This document shows, piece after piece, positions 49,115 through 59,055 of a stretch of DNA of 64,000 bases. How positions within the stretch are numbered: the stretch's first letter is position 1; each line of letters starts with the position of its first letter. A program made the translations under genes and the position numbers. A model generated the notes under the pieces. The model was not told the origin of the DNA. It saw only the letters and a list, made by a program, of their open reading frames with translations, and made no database searches. Origin of the DNA: Planctomycetota bacterium (lineage in GTDB: Bacteria; Planctomycetota; UBA1135; UBA2386); the NCBI GenBank assembly GCA_965228735.1, contig OZ245838.1, forward strand, positions 1,472,001-1,536,000. The letters are read 5' to 3'.

Positions 49115-51091
49115 ATGATGGTCGAGAGCCAAGACGTCACCGTCGTCGCCAACACGATCCGCGGGTTGTCCATCGACGCCGTGCAGAAGGCCAATTCCGG
49201 CCACCCCGGCATGCCGATGGGCATGGCCGAGGTCGCCACCGTGCTCTGGACCGAGTTCCTCCGGTGGAGCAACCAGGAGCCCGAATGGCTCGGCCGCGAC
49301 CGCTTCGTGCTGTCCGGCGGCCACGGCTCGATGCTGCTCTACTCGCTGCTGCACCTCGCGGGCTTCCCCGTCACGCTCGACGACCTGAAGCAGTTCCGGC
49401 AGCTGCACAGCAAGACACCGGGGCACCCCGAATACGGCGACACGGTCGGCGTCGAGACGACGACCGGGCCGCTCGGCCAGGGCTTCGGCAACGCGGTCGG
49501 CATGGCGATCGCCGCGCACATGGAAGCCGCGCGATTCGACAATCCGCTGCTGCTGACCCGCGTCTTCGTCACCGTCGGCGACGGCGATCTGATGGAGGGC
49601 ATCAGCGCCGAGGCCGCGGCGCTCGCCGGGCACCTGGGACTCGGCAACCTCGTCTGCCTCTTCGACGACAACAACATCACGATCGAGGGCCACACGGACC
49701 TCGCGACGAGTGAGGACGTCGGCGCTCGTTTTGTCGCTGCCGGCTGGGACGTGCAGCGGATCGACGGTCACGATCCCGATGCGATCCGCACTGCCCTGCA
49801 GCAGGCGACGAACGCCACGGACAAGCCGCAGCTCATCTGCTGCCGCACGACGATCGGCAAGGGCAGTCCGAACAAGGCGAACACCCACGGCGTGCACGGC
49901 GCGCCGCTCGGCGAGGACGAGGTCAAGGCGACGAAGGCGGCGCTCGGCCTGCCCGCCGAGGACTTCCACGTCGACGAACGGGCACGCTCCGTCTTCCAGA
50001 CTGCGGCCGCGCGCAACGAGCAGGAACGCCTGCGCTGGCAGAGCGAACTCGAGGGCTGGGAAGCCAACCACGCCGAGCTCGCGACCGAGTGGCGCGCGTT
50101 CCGGGCGCGGCAACTGCCGAACGACCTGCTGGCGCAGCTCGTCGAGGCCGCGGGCACCGACGCGGCCGCGACCCGGGCCCTGTCGGGCAAGGTGATCCAG
50201 CAGCTCGCCGAGCTCATGCCCGGATTCGTGAGCGGCAGCGCCGACCTCGATCCGTCGACCAAGACGAGGATCAAGAGCAGCGGTTCGTTCACGGCCGAGG
50301 ACCGCAGCGGGCGAACGCTGCACTTCGGCGTTCGCGAGCACGCGATGGGCGCCGTGATGAACGGCATCTCGCTGCACGGCGGGTTCGTGCCAGCCGGCAG
50401 CACGTTCCTGGTCTTCGCCGACTACATGCGCACGCCGGTCCGGCTCGCCGCGCTGATGCGCATCCCCGCGGCCTTCGTCTACACGCACGACAGCCTGATG
50501 GTCGGCGAGGACGGCCCCACCCACCAACCCGTCGAACACCTCGCGACGCTGCGCGCGATCCCCGGTCTGCACGTCTTCCGACCGGCCGACGGTCCGGAGA
50601 CCGCAGCCGCGTGGACCCACGCGGTCTCGCGACGCGACGGCCCCGTCGCTCTCGCCCTCACGCGCCAGGGTCTGCCGCTGCTGCCGCACGACGGCGGCTG
50701 GGACGCGAGTGCGGCGTTGCGCGGCGGCTACGTTCTCGTCGACGAGAGCGCCGCGCAGGCGACCATCGTCGCGACGGGCGCCGAGGTCGCGCTCGCCGTG
50801 GATGCGGCCCGCCTCCTGACGGAGCAAGGCACGCCGACGCGCGTCGTGTCGATGCCGTGCCTCGAGCTCTTCCTGCAGCAGGACGAGTCGTATCGCACGA
50901 ACGTGCTCGGCACCGCCGCGACCTTCACCGTCGAGATGGGCCGCCCCGAGTGGTGGTGCCAGCTCACCGGTCGGATCGATCGCTGCATCGGGCACAGCGG
51001 CTTCGGCGCGAGCGCGCCCTACAACGTGGTGGCCGAACACTTCGGGTTCACCCCTGCCGCCATCGCTGACCGAGTGCGCCGAGCCCTCTGA
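49115..51091 (+). CDS. tkt: Transketolase
   Basis: SGHPGMPMG, RDRFVLSGGH, GDGDLMEG, FGVREHAM, GEDGPTHQ. Confidence 0.97.
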   Translation: MMVESQDVTVVANTIRGLSIDAVQKANSGHPGMPMGMAEVATVLWTEFLRWSNQEPEWLGRDRFVLSGGHGSMLLYSLLHLAGFPVTLDDLKQFRQLHSKTPGHPEYGDTVGVETTTGPLGQGFGNAVGMAIAAHMEAARFDNPLLLTRVFVTVGDGDLMEGISAEAAALAGHLGLGNLVCLFDDNNITIEGHTDLATSEDVGARFVAAGWDVQRIDGHDPDAIRTALQQATNATDKPQLICCRTTIGKGSPNKANTHGVHGAPLGEDEVKATKAALGLPAEDFHVDERARSVFQTAAARNEQERLRWQSELEGWEANHAELATEWRAFRARQLPNDLLAQLVEAAGTDAAATRALSGKVIQQLAELMPGFVSGSADLDPSTKTRIKSSGSFTAEDRSGRTLHFGVREHAMGAVMNGISLHGGFVPAGSTFLVFADYMRTPVRLAALMRIPAAFVYTHDSLMVGEDGPTHQPVEHLATLRAIPGLHVFRPADGPETAAAWTHAVSRRDGPVALALTRQGLPLLPHDGGWDASAALRGGYVLVDESAAQATIVATGAEVALAVDAARLLTEQGTPTRVVSMPCLELFLQQDESYRTNVLGTAATFTVEMGRPEWWCQLTGRIDRCIGHSGFGASAPYNVVAEHFGFTPAAIADRVRRAL

Positions 51092-51187
51092 CTCGGGGTG
51101 TTCCCGTAGCGAACCGATCGAGTCGCACGTTCCGGTGCGATTCTCACCTCCGTACGGGTTCAGGTGAAGACCCGTAGCGCGCGATAG

Positions 51188-53122
51188 TTGCGGGTAACCG
51201 TAGGTCTTCGCCAGATGTCGCTGACGTGGAAACTGGGCTGCGGCGTCCTGTTCGCGATCGCGCTGCAGGTCGCGCAGATGCTGAGCAGTGGGTACTTCAC
51301 CACCCGCATGCTCGACGCATCGCAACAGGTTTCGGACGCTCTTGTGGCGACCATCGCCGCGCAGGATGGCCTGGATGCGACGCAACTCCTGCTCGGCAAA
51401 CTTCACAACGACCAGGAAGACCGCGACAGTCCGGTCCGGGCTTCCGTCTACGGCGTCTACCTGGAGGAGCTCGATCGACTGGTCACCCAGCTGCAGGGCC
51501 TGACGCCGGCCGAAGTACCGCTCGTTGCCGCGCTCGAGAACGCGCAGGAGGAATTCCGCAGCGTGCGCGAACAGGCGCCCGCGAGCGAGGCCGCGTACGA
51601 AGCGGCGAGCTTCTTCGAGGATGCGATCCTCGAACTGGACGAAGCCCTGCGGGCTCTGCAGATCCACCTCGGGGAGTTGGCAGCGGCAGGTGTCGCCCGC
51701 GAACGGGAGGTCCATGACCTGCCGATGCAGGCCGGCATGCTGATCACGCTCGTCGGCGTGGTGGTCATGGCGTGGTTCGTCATCTGGTTCTCGCGCCAGC
51801 TCGTCGAGCCGGTCGAACGCGCCCGCGCGGAACTCGAGCAACGAGTCACGGAGCGAACGGCGGAACTGGCCGAGATGAACGACGATCTCGTGCTCGCCCG
51901 CGACGCAGCCGAACGGGCCAACCAGACCAAGTCCATGTTTCTGGCGAACGTCAGCCACGAACTTCGCACGCCGATGACCGCGATCCTCGGTTTCGCCCAG
52001 GAGCTGATCGAGGCGCCGGCCGACGCGATGTCCGAGACCGCAAGGCTGGAGGCGCTCGACACGATCGTGCGCAACACCGAGCACTTGATCAAGCTGATCG
52101 GAGACCTCCTCGACAGCTCGAAGCTCGAGGCCGGCCGCCTCGAGCTCGAGTGCATCGAGACCGAGCCTCTGCGGATCCTGCACGAGGTCCTCGAACTGCT
52201 GCGGGCGAAGGCCGAGGCCAAGAACGTCGAGCTCACGGTCCACTTCGCCAGCCCGATCCCGACCCGCATCCAGTCGGACCCATTGCGACTCCGGCAGATC
52301 CTGTTCAACCTCGTCGGCAACGCGCTGAAGTTCACCGACGACGGCACCGTGATGATCCTCGTCGACGTGCAGGAGGACGACACGCAGCCGAAGCTGCGAT
52401 TCGCGATCCTCGACACCGGCATCGGCATGGAGCCGGCCGTAGCCGAGCGGCTCTTCCGCCCGTTCGAGCAGGCCGATGCCTCGACCTCGCGCTGCTTCGG
52501 CGGCTCCGGTCTCGGGCTCGCGATCTCCCGACAACTCGCGCGCATGCTCGACGGCGACATCATCGTCACCAGCAAGCTCGGCGTCGGATCCCGCTTCGTC
52601 GTGACGGTTGGCACCGGGCCGCTCGACGGCGTCCCGCGCCTCGCCTCACCGGCCGACCCGATGCCCGCGCCGGGCGCCTCGAAATGGCGAATCCGGCCGA
52701 GGCGCGCGAACCGCGACCCGGCGCCCAGATCCAACCTCGACGGATTGCGCGTACTCCTCGTCGAGGACGGGGCCGACAACCGCCGCCTGATCACCCACAT
52801 CCTGCAGCGCAGTGGCTGCATCTGCACCACAGCCAATGACGGTCAGGCCGGACTCGACGAGCTCGAGGCGGCGAGGGAGCCGGTCGACATCGTATTGATG
52901 GACCTGCAGATGCCGATCATGGACGGTCTCACCGCGACCCGCGAGATCCGGCGCCGCGGCATGGACCTGCCGATCATCGCGCTCACGGCGAATGCGCAGC
53001 CGGAGGACCGTGAAGCCGCGTTGGTGGCCGGCTGCAACGCCTTCCTGACCAAGCCGATCGATCGCCAGCAGATGTTCGCCACGCTGGCCGACTTGCGGCC
53101 CCAGAACCCTTCGACCGCTTGA
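51188..53122 (+). CDS. Hybrid sensor histidine kinase/response regulator
   Basis: Two TMs around a helical periplasmic domain; FLANVSHELRTP, NLVGNALKF, DTGIG, GSGLGL; receiver domain with VLMDLQMP. Start at 51188 or ATG 51215. Confidence 0.94.
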   Translation: MRVTVGLRQMSLTWKLGCGVLFAIALQVAQMLSSGYFTTRMLDASQQVSDALVATIAAQDGLDATQLLLGKLHNDQEDRDSPVRASVYGVYLEELDRLVTQLQGLTPAEVPLVAALENAQEEFRSVREQAPASEAAYEAASFFEDAILELDEALRALQIHLGELAAAGVAREREVHDLPMQAGMLITLVGVVVMAWFVIWFSRQLVEPVERARAELEQRVTERTAELAEMNDDLVLARDAAERANQTKSMFLANVSHELRTPMTAILGFAQELIEAPADAMSETARLEALDTIVRNTEHLIKLIGDLLDSSKLEAGRLELECIETEPLRILHEVLELLRAKAEAKNVELTVHFASPIPTRIQSDPLRLRQILFNLVGNALKFTDDGTVMILVDVQEDDTQPKLRFAILDTGIGMEPAVAERLFRPFEQADASTSRCFGGSGLGLAISRQLARMLDGDIIVTSKLGVGSRFVVTVGTGPLDGVPRLASPADPMPAPGASKWRIRPRRANRDPAPRSNLDGLRVLLVEDGADNRRLITHILQRSGCICTTANDGQAGLDELEAAREPVDIVLMDLQMPIMDGLTATREIRRRGMDLPIIALTANAQPEDREAALVAGCNAFLTKPIDRQQMFATLADLRPQNPSTA

Positions 53123-53260
53123 CCCTACGGCTGCCATGGACCGGCAGGTCGAACGCGGAGTTCTCGGGGATTGATTCAAGCCCGCGGCGGCAATCGCCGA
53201 TGGCGTCGATCCCAGGAGCCTGCGACCACGCCGCCCCCCGGCTGCGTCGCGGTAGACCCG

Positions 53261-54541
53261 ATGATCACCCCCGTCAGAGTTGCGAGTCTAGCGGCGTGCG
53301 TGGCGCTCTCGAGCTACGCGGCGGGCCAGGATCCAGCCGAGCTCCAGCGCCTGGTCGAAGAGCTCAGCGAACGCGTCGATGAGCTCGAGGAACAGCAGGC
53401 CACGACCGCGGACCGCATCGGCGGCCGTGCCGTGGCCCAGTCCTACACGGCCCAGAGCCTCGACGTCGGCGGTCACGTCAGCTCGCTGTTCACGTACATG
53501 GACGGCGAAGCGGACTCGGCCGCCGGACACCTGGTCACGATCTTCGAGCTCTACATCAGGGCCGCGATCAACGATCAGTGGTCCCTGTTCGCCACTCCGG
53601 GCTTCTACGGCTTCAACGTCGGGTTGCTCGACAATCCGACGACGACGACCGTCGGGGATCCGGCCTTCGTCGATTCCGAGATCGCCAACGCCCGTGTCTT
53701 GCTGGCCCGGGCCTACGCGCAGTGGCAGCCCGACGACATGCTCTACGTGCGCGGCGGCGTCGTCGGCACTCCGCATGGGACAACCAACCGCGAATACTTC
53801 ATCCCGGCCCGGACCATCGCGGCCGGCAACCTGCACACGCGCGCTCTGACCGTGAACCAGCTGTACCCGCAGCTGGCCCACGGCCTGCGCATCGGCGGCA
53901 AGTTCGTGCTGCCGGACTCGAGCGACTGGCTCGAGTACGACGCCTACTTCGGCGTCGACGACACGGCGGCGGACGATCCACTCGGGGGCCTCCGCCTCGG
54001 TTATGTGTTCGACGACTACGGCCTCACGATCGCCTTGAACTACGGCAGCGGCTCCCGGCAATCCGTCGTCCAGGACCTGACCGGAGCCGCGGCGATCTCC
54101 GCGGCCTTGATGAACGTCGGCGAGCTGCAGTCACCGTTTCCGACCGGCTACCTCGGGAGCCGCGACTACGAGTTCGTCGGGCTGGACCTCGACTGGCGTT
54201 CGGCCTCGTTCGGCGTCAAGACCGAGGCCTACATCAGCAGCGAGGGGGCCTACGAGAACCAACGCGCGCTCTCGACGGAGTGGACCTGGTATCCATCCTC
54301 CACGATGGGGCTCACCTACCGATTCGATTACTACGACTCGGGCTCTGACGAGGTCATCGCGTCGCTGACACCATTCACGACGGTGCCGATGTCACGCGGA
54401 CACTCGACGGAACACGTGCTCGGCTTCAGCTACGATCCGGATCCGTCCGTGCGCCTGCGGCTCGATCTGCATCACAACAATCTGCCGAACAGCAACGCCG
54501 AGATCGACTTCATCAACGTCAGCTGGTCACTCAGCTTCTGA
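53261..54541 (+). CDS. Outer-membrane beta-barrel (porin-like) protein
   Basis: Signal peptide, N-terminal coiled coil, amphipathic strands, C-terminal SWSLSF. Confidence 0.75.
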   Translation: MITPVRVASLAACVALSSYAAGQDPAELQRLVEELSERVDELEEQQATTADRIGGRAVAQSYTAQSLDVGGHVSSLFTYMDGEADSAAGHLVTIFELYIRAAINDQWSLFATPGFYGFNVGLLDNPTTTTVGDPAFVDSEIANARVLLARAYAQWQPDDMLYVRGGVVGTPHGTTNREYFIPARTIAAGNLHTRALTVNQLYPQLAHGLRIGGKFVLPDSSDWLEYDAYFGVDDTAADDPLGGLRLGYVFDDYGLTIALNYGSGSRQSVVQDLTGAAAISAALMNVGELQSPFPTGYLGSRDYEFVGLDLDWRSASFGVKTEAYISSEGAYENQRALSTEWTWYPSSTMGLTYRFDYYDSGSDEVIASLTPFTTVPMSRGHSTEHVLGFSYDPDPSVRLRLDLHHNNLPNSNAEIDFINVSWSLSF

Positions 54542-54545
54542 TCCC

Positions 54546-55004
54546 ATGTTCCGCCTCGCCGCACTCCTGTCGACCGTGCTCCTCGCCGCACCGGTGCAGG
54601 ATCCGTCCGGCTCCGATCCCGCGCTGGGCAAGAAGTTCGCCGTTCTGGTGAACGCCGGCAACACGACGAAGCTCGCCAAGAACGAGCTCGTGTCGACGGC
54701 CAAGAAGCTCTACCTGAAGAACCTGTCACGCTGGCCCGACGGCTCGCCGGCCCGCCCCTACGCGCGGGCCAGCAGCTCGGATGCCCAGCAGGCGTTCGCT
54801 CATCGCGTGCTCAAGATGACGGACGCGGAGCTCGCGCGGCACTGGCTGCGGCTGAAGAACATGCGCGGCACGACTCCGCCGCGCGAGGTCAGCTCGGACC
54901 GGCTCGTGATCAAGCACGTCGCCCGCAAGACGGGCGCGTTCGCGATCGTCGAAGCCAGCGCGGTGCCGAAGTCGGCGAAGGTGCGCGTGCTGTTCGAGTT
55001 TTGA
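54546..55004 (+). CDS. Small exported protein of the single-domain periplasmic-binding-protein-like family
   Basis: Signal peptide; AVLVNAGN, KLYLK...WPDG, W......G..PP....D..V...VA...GAFA. Confidence 0.7.
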   Translation: MFRLAALLSTVLLAAPVQDPSGSDPALGKKFAVLVNAGNTTKLAKNELVSTAKKLYLKNLSRWPDGSPARPYARASSSDAQQAFAHRVLKMTDAELARHWLRLKNMRGTTPPREVSSDRLVIKHVARKTGAFAIVEASAVPKSAKVRVLFEF

Positions 55005-55007
55005 GCG

Positions 55008-56144
55008 CTAGTCCTTCCGCTCACGCTCGCGGCGCACCCAGGCTTCGACCGGCGGGCAGGTCACCTCGACGAAGCCAGCGGCCACGGCAGCGTCCCAGGT
55101 CGCGATGAGGTCTCGGTTGGTCACGCCGGCGTGCGGCTCGAGAACGAGTCCCATCAGCCCGCGCTTGCCGTTCGGCTTCACCGTCATCGAGCTGGGGTCC
55201 CGCGCTATCCGGAACAGCTCGTTCTTCACGCTCTTCAGGCTGTAGAGCGGCTTCGGTCCGATCAGCCACTTGCATCCCTTCCCCGCACCCCGCGTGTAGA
55301 TGCCGACCGACAAGCGCTCGACCGGCTGCATCGCCGCCGGTGCGAGGACGCCCGCCATGAGCTCTCCGACATGCCCCTTGTCCGACCGTTCCAGGGCAAT
55401 GAGGAGCTTGCCGTCCCACGGCGCCGCGAAACTCGCTCGCACGGCCGCGACGGAATAGCCGAGTCGGTGCGCCGGACGGCGAACGACAGCCCGAGGCCGC
55501 TCCCGCCGCGCCTCGTGGTCGATCGGCTGCGGCAGCTGTTCGAGCTTCCGAATGCCTCGGCGACTCCCGCAGTACCATGACTCACCGTCGGGCACGATCC
55601 AGTGGCTGTCGCGCAGACCCTCCGGCAGCTGACCGAGTCCGTCGATCACGCCGCGATCCACGTCGAGCCGCCGCATTCGCAGGCTCGTCCACAGCTGCAG
55701 TTCGCCGGTCGCGGTCGCAAAGAACACGAACGGCCCGCGCTCGCCGTCGGCCACCTCGATCGGCACCCGCTGCACTTCGTTGCCCACGTTCGGGTCGAGC
55801 TTGACGACCGCACCGTCCACGAGTCCGTAGAGGAACAAGCCGTCCGTGCACAACGCCTTCAGGCCCGCAGGCGCGGCGACGTTCCGCGTCGGCTCCGTGC
55901 CGAGCGCCGCAAGCTGGTAGAGGCGCCGCCCCCGCGCAAACCAAAGCCGCTCACCGTACGCCGCCAATCCACGCGGACTACCCTTCCCTGGCAGGTCCAC
56001 CGGCGTGACCCCGGGCCCCATCATCACGAGCCGGTTGTGCACGACGTCGCGCTCCGCCGGCAGATCGTCGAGCAGTTCGCGCTGCCCCGGCAGGGTTGCA
56101 GCGCAGAGCAAAGCCGCGGCAGCGGCGAGTCGATTCACGAGCAT
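55008..56144 (-). CDS. Hypothetical exported protein: propeller-like N-terminal part, ExbD/TolR-like C-terminus
   Basis: Signal peptide; PRGLA..GERLW and ALCTDGLFLY repeats; C-terminal LVLEPHAGVTNRDLIATWDAAVAAGF. Confidence 0.6.
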   Translation of the reverse strand: MLVNRLAAAAALLCAATLPGQRELLDDLPAERDVVHNRLVMMGPGVTPVDLPGKGSPRGLAAYGERLWFARGRRLYQLAALGTEPTRNVAAPAGLKALCTDGLFLYGLVDGAVVKLDPNVGNEVQRVPIEVADGERGPFVFFATATGELQLWTSLRMRRLDVDRGVIDGLGQLPEGLRDSHWIVPDGESWYCGSRRGIRKLEQLPQPIDHEARRERPRAVVRRPAHRLGYSVAAVRASFAAPWDGKLLIALERSDKGHVGELMAGVLAPAAMQPVERLSVGIYTRGAGKGCKWLIGPKPLYSLKSVKNELFRIARDPSSMTVKPNGKRGLMGLVLEPHAGVTNRDLIATWDAAVAAGFVEVTCPPVEAWVRRERERKD

Positions 56145-56282
56145 TGGACCTCCAGGACCGCAACGGCCGGGGTCGGCACCGGTTCACATCGTTGCTCGAA
56201 TACCCGGGCCCTCGACTCGACGCAGCGTCGGGTTGCCGGACTAGAAGCTCGGCCGACAAAGGGCCAACCGGCGGTCGAGCTG

Positions 56283-57980
56283 CTAGAGCATACCGATGAC
56301 TTCGCCGTTCTCGTCGATGTCGATCTTCTGGCCGCCCGGCGTCTTGCCGAGGCCCGGCATTGTCATGATCGCCCCGGCCAGCGGATACACGAAGCCGGCG
56401 CCGACCGCGACCCGCGCGTCCCGCACGACGAAGCGGTAGCCGCTCGGCCGCCCGAGCAGCTTGGGGTCGTGGCTCAGCGAGTACTGCGTCTTGGCCATGC
56501 AGATCGGGAACCTGCCGTAGCCGCGCTCTTCGAACAGCGCGAGCTGCTTCTCGGCCTCGGGCTCGTAGTCGACGCCTTCGGCGCCGTAGATCTTGGTCGC
56601 GAGGGTCTCGATCTTCTCCTTGAGCGAGGCGTCGTTCGGGTAGAGCAGCCGGAAGGAGCTCGGCTCCTCGGACGCCTTCACGAGCGCGTGCGCGAGGTCC
56701 TCGCCACCCTTGCCGCCCTCCGCGAACAACGTCGAGACGTGACAGTCGCTCGCGCCGGCGGCCATCGCCTTCTCCTTGACGAACGCGATCTCCGCCTCGC
56801 TGTCGGTCGGGAAGCGATTGATCGCGACGACGACCGGGATGCCGAACGTCCTGACGTTCTCGATCTGCTTCTCGAGGTTGCCGATGCCGGCCTCGAGCGC
56901 GTCGAGATCCTCGGTCTTCATGCCCTCGGGCAACGGCTTGCCCGGCTTGAGCTCGAAGCGTCCGCTGTGCGCCTTGAGCGCGCGCACCGTCGCGACGAGC
57001 AGCGCGGCGTCCGGCTCGAGCCCCGACGCGCGGCACTTGATGTCGAAGAACTTCTCGGCGCCCATGTCCGCGCCGAAGCCCGCCTCCGTGACGACGAAGT
57101 CGAGGCCGCGCAACGCGATCTGGTCCGCCACGATCGAGCTGTTGCCGTGCGCGATGTTGGCGAACGGGCCGGTGTGCACGAGCGCCGGCGTGCCCTCGAG
57201 CGTCTGCATCAGCGTCGGCTTGAGCGCGTCCTTCAGGATCGCCGTCATCGCGCCCGCGGCCTTCAGATCCTCGGCCGTGACCGGCTTGCCGTCTTTCGTG
57301 TAGCCCACCACGATCCGGCCGAGGCGCTGGCGCAGGTCCTGCAGGTCGGTCGCGAGCCCGAGGATCGCCATGATCTCGCTCGCCGACGTGATGTCGAAGC
57401 CGGTCTCCCGCGGCGTGCCGTTCTTCTCGCCGCCGCGCGCGACCTCGATCACCCGCAGCGCCCGATCGTTCATGTCGAGCACGCGCTGCCACGTGATCTG
57501 CTCCTTGTCGATCTCGAGCTCGTTGCCGTGGAACAGGTGCGCATCGAGGAACGCCGCGCACAGGTTGTGCGCCGCGGTCACCGCGTGGAAATCGCCGGTG
57601 AGGTGCAGGTTGAGCTCCTCCGGCGGCACGACCTGCGAGTAGCCCCCGCCAGCGGCGCCGCCCTTGATGCCGAACACCGGCCCCATCGACGGCTGCCGGA
57701 TGACACAGCACGCGCGCTTGCCGATCCGGTTGAGCGCCTGCGAGATGCCGACGGTGTGCACCGTCTTGCCCTCACCGAACGGCGTCGGCGAGATCGCGGT
57801 CACGACCACGTACTTGGCATTGGGCCGGACCTCGTTCTTCTCGATCACGTCGAGCGACACCTTGGCCTTGGCGTGGCCGTAGGGTTCGAGGTCCTCGGCC
57901 GTCAAACCCATGATGCGGGCGACTTCCGGCAGCGGACGCAGCGGGATGGAACGGGCGATGGCGAGGTCGTCGGAGGACAT
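56283..57980 (-). CDS. fhs: Formate--tetrahydrofolate ligase
   Basis: PTPFGEGKT, GIKGGAAGGGYSQV, GPFANIAHG, TEAGFGADMGAEKF, CMAKTQYS. Confidence 0.97.
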   Translation of the reverse strand: MSSDDLAIARSIPLRPLPEVARIMGLTAEDLEPYGHAKAKVSLDVIEKNEVRPNAKYVVVTAISPTPFGEGKTVHTVGISQALNRIGKRACCVIRQPSMGPVFGIKGGAAGGGYSQVVPPEELNLHLTGDFHAVTAAHNLCAAFLDAHLFHGNELEIDKEQITWQRVLDMNDRALRVIEVARGGEKNGTPRETGFDITSASEIMAILGLATDLQDLRQRLGRIVVGYTKDGKPVTAEDLKAAGAMTAILKDALKPTLMQTLEGTPALVHTGPFANIAHGNSSIVADQIALRGLDFVVTEAGFGADMGAEKFFDIKCRASGLEPDAALLVATVRALKAHSGRFELKPGKPLPEGMKTEDLDALEAGIGNLEKQIENVRTFGIPVVVAINRFPTDSEAEIAFVKEKAMAAGASDCHVSTLFAEGGKGGEDLAHALVKASEEPSSFRLLYPNDASLKEKIETLATKIYGAEGVDYEPEAEKQLALFEERGYGRFPICMAKTQYSLSHDPKLLGRPSGYRFVVRDARVAVGAGFVYPLAGAIMTMPGLGKTPGGQKIDIDENGEVIGML

Positions 57981-58014
57981 GGGGGCGAGCACGATAGCGA
58001 GTCCGCCCGCCGGT

Positions 58015-58116
58015 TTCACAGAATCCGCCCCTTCCGCCGAGGCTCGGGTACCGGGATTCAGAGAATCCGCTTACCCGCCCAAGCTCGGGTACCGGGATTC
58101 AGAGAATCCGCTTACC
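58015..58116. repeat. Direct repeat of the arginase 3' end: 34-bp GCTCGGGTACCGGGATTCAGAGAATCCGCTTACC x2 plus a partial copy
   Basis: Exact copies at 58042-58075 and 58083-58116; partial TTCACAGAATCCGC at 58015-58028. Confidence 0.93.
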
Positions 58117-59055
58117 AAAGGCGCTGAGCACCACGTCGACCGCCACCTCGCCCGACTGGTTCTTCACGTCCAGGATCGGGTTCAGCTCGGTGACCTCGAG
58201 ACTCAGCATCTTGCCCGTGTCGCTCACCATCTCCATGAGCAGGTTGGCCTCGCGCCAGTTGATCCCCCCTTTCACGGGCGTCCCGGTACCGGGCACGTCG
58301 CGCGGGTCCATGCCGTCGAGGTCGAACGACATGTGGAAGCCGGCCGTGCCGTCGGTCACGAAGCCGATCGACTCCTGCATGATCGACCGCATGCCGCGCT
58401 CGTCGACGTCGCGCATCGTGTAGGCGTGGATGCCCGACCGCTTGACGATATCGCGCTCGCGGTCGTCGATGTCGCGGATCCCGATCAGGCACACGTGCTG
58501 CGGCTCGACCTTGGGCGCGAACCCGCCCATCTCGACGAGCTTCGGATGACCCTGCCCGAGCAAGGTCGCGAGCGGCATGCCGTGGATGTTGCCGCTCGGC
58601 GAGCTGTCGGGCGTGTTCATGTCGGCATGCGCATCGACCCAGATCAACCCGACCTTCTGCCCCTGGTTGCGGTAGTGCTCCGCGACGCCCGAGCCCGTGC
58701 CCATCGCGATGCTGTGATCGCCGCCGAGCACGACCGGGATATCGCCGTTCTCGAGCGCGCGGCGAACGCGCAGGCGCAGTCGATTGCAGACGTGGTAGAT
58801 CGGCTCGAGGTAGCGCGCGTTCGGCTGCCCGGGATCGCGCGTCTCGGGTGCAGGCACGCCGACGTCGCCGTCGTCCGTGACGCGGTAGCCGATGTCCTGC
58901 AGCGCCTTCGCGATGCCCGCGATCCGGATCGCGGACGGTCCCATGTCGACGCCGCGGCGGCCGGCGCCGAGGTCCATCGGCACGCCGAGCAGGCGGATCG
59001 AGCCCCGCTCGGGGCGGGCGGCTGGCACGTTGGCGGCGGTCTCGCTGGCGGTCAT
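58099..59055 (-). CDS. rocF: Arginase
   Basis: GVDMGPSAIR, GGDHS, DAHAD, SGNIHGMP, SFDLDGMDP. Confidence 0.95.
   Translation of the reverse strand: MTASETAANVPAARPERGSIRLLGVPMDLGAGRRGVDMGPSAIRIAGIAKALQDIGYRVTDDGDVGVPAPETRDPGQPNARYLEPIYHVCNRLRLRVRRALENGDIPVVLGGDHSIAMGTGSGVAEHYRNQGQKVGLIWVDAHADMNTPDSSPSGNIHGMPLATLLGQGHPKLVEMGGFAPKVEPQHVCLIGIRDIDDRERDIVKRSGIHAYTMRDVDERGMRSIMQESIGFVTDGTAGFHMSFDLDGMDPRDVPGTGTPVKGGINWREANLLMEMVSDTGKMLSLEVTELNPILDVKNQSGEVAVDVVLSAFGKRIL

Noticed and set aside
56283..57980. fhs as a marker of acetogenesis (with acs)
   Set aside because: acs here is the AMP-forming acetate--CoA ligase, not acetyl-CoA synthase, and no Wood-Ljungdahl genes are present
58015..58116. Possible mini-CRISPR (34-bp repeat with internal palindrome)
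   Set aside because: Only 7 bp lie between copies, and the repeat is the arginase coding end
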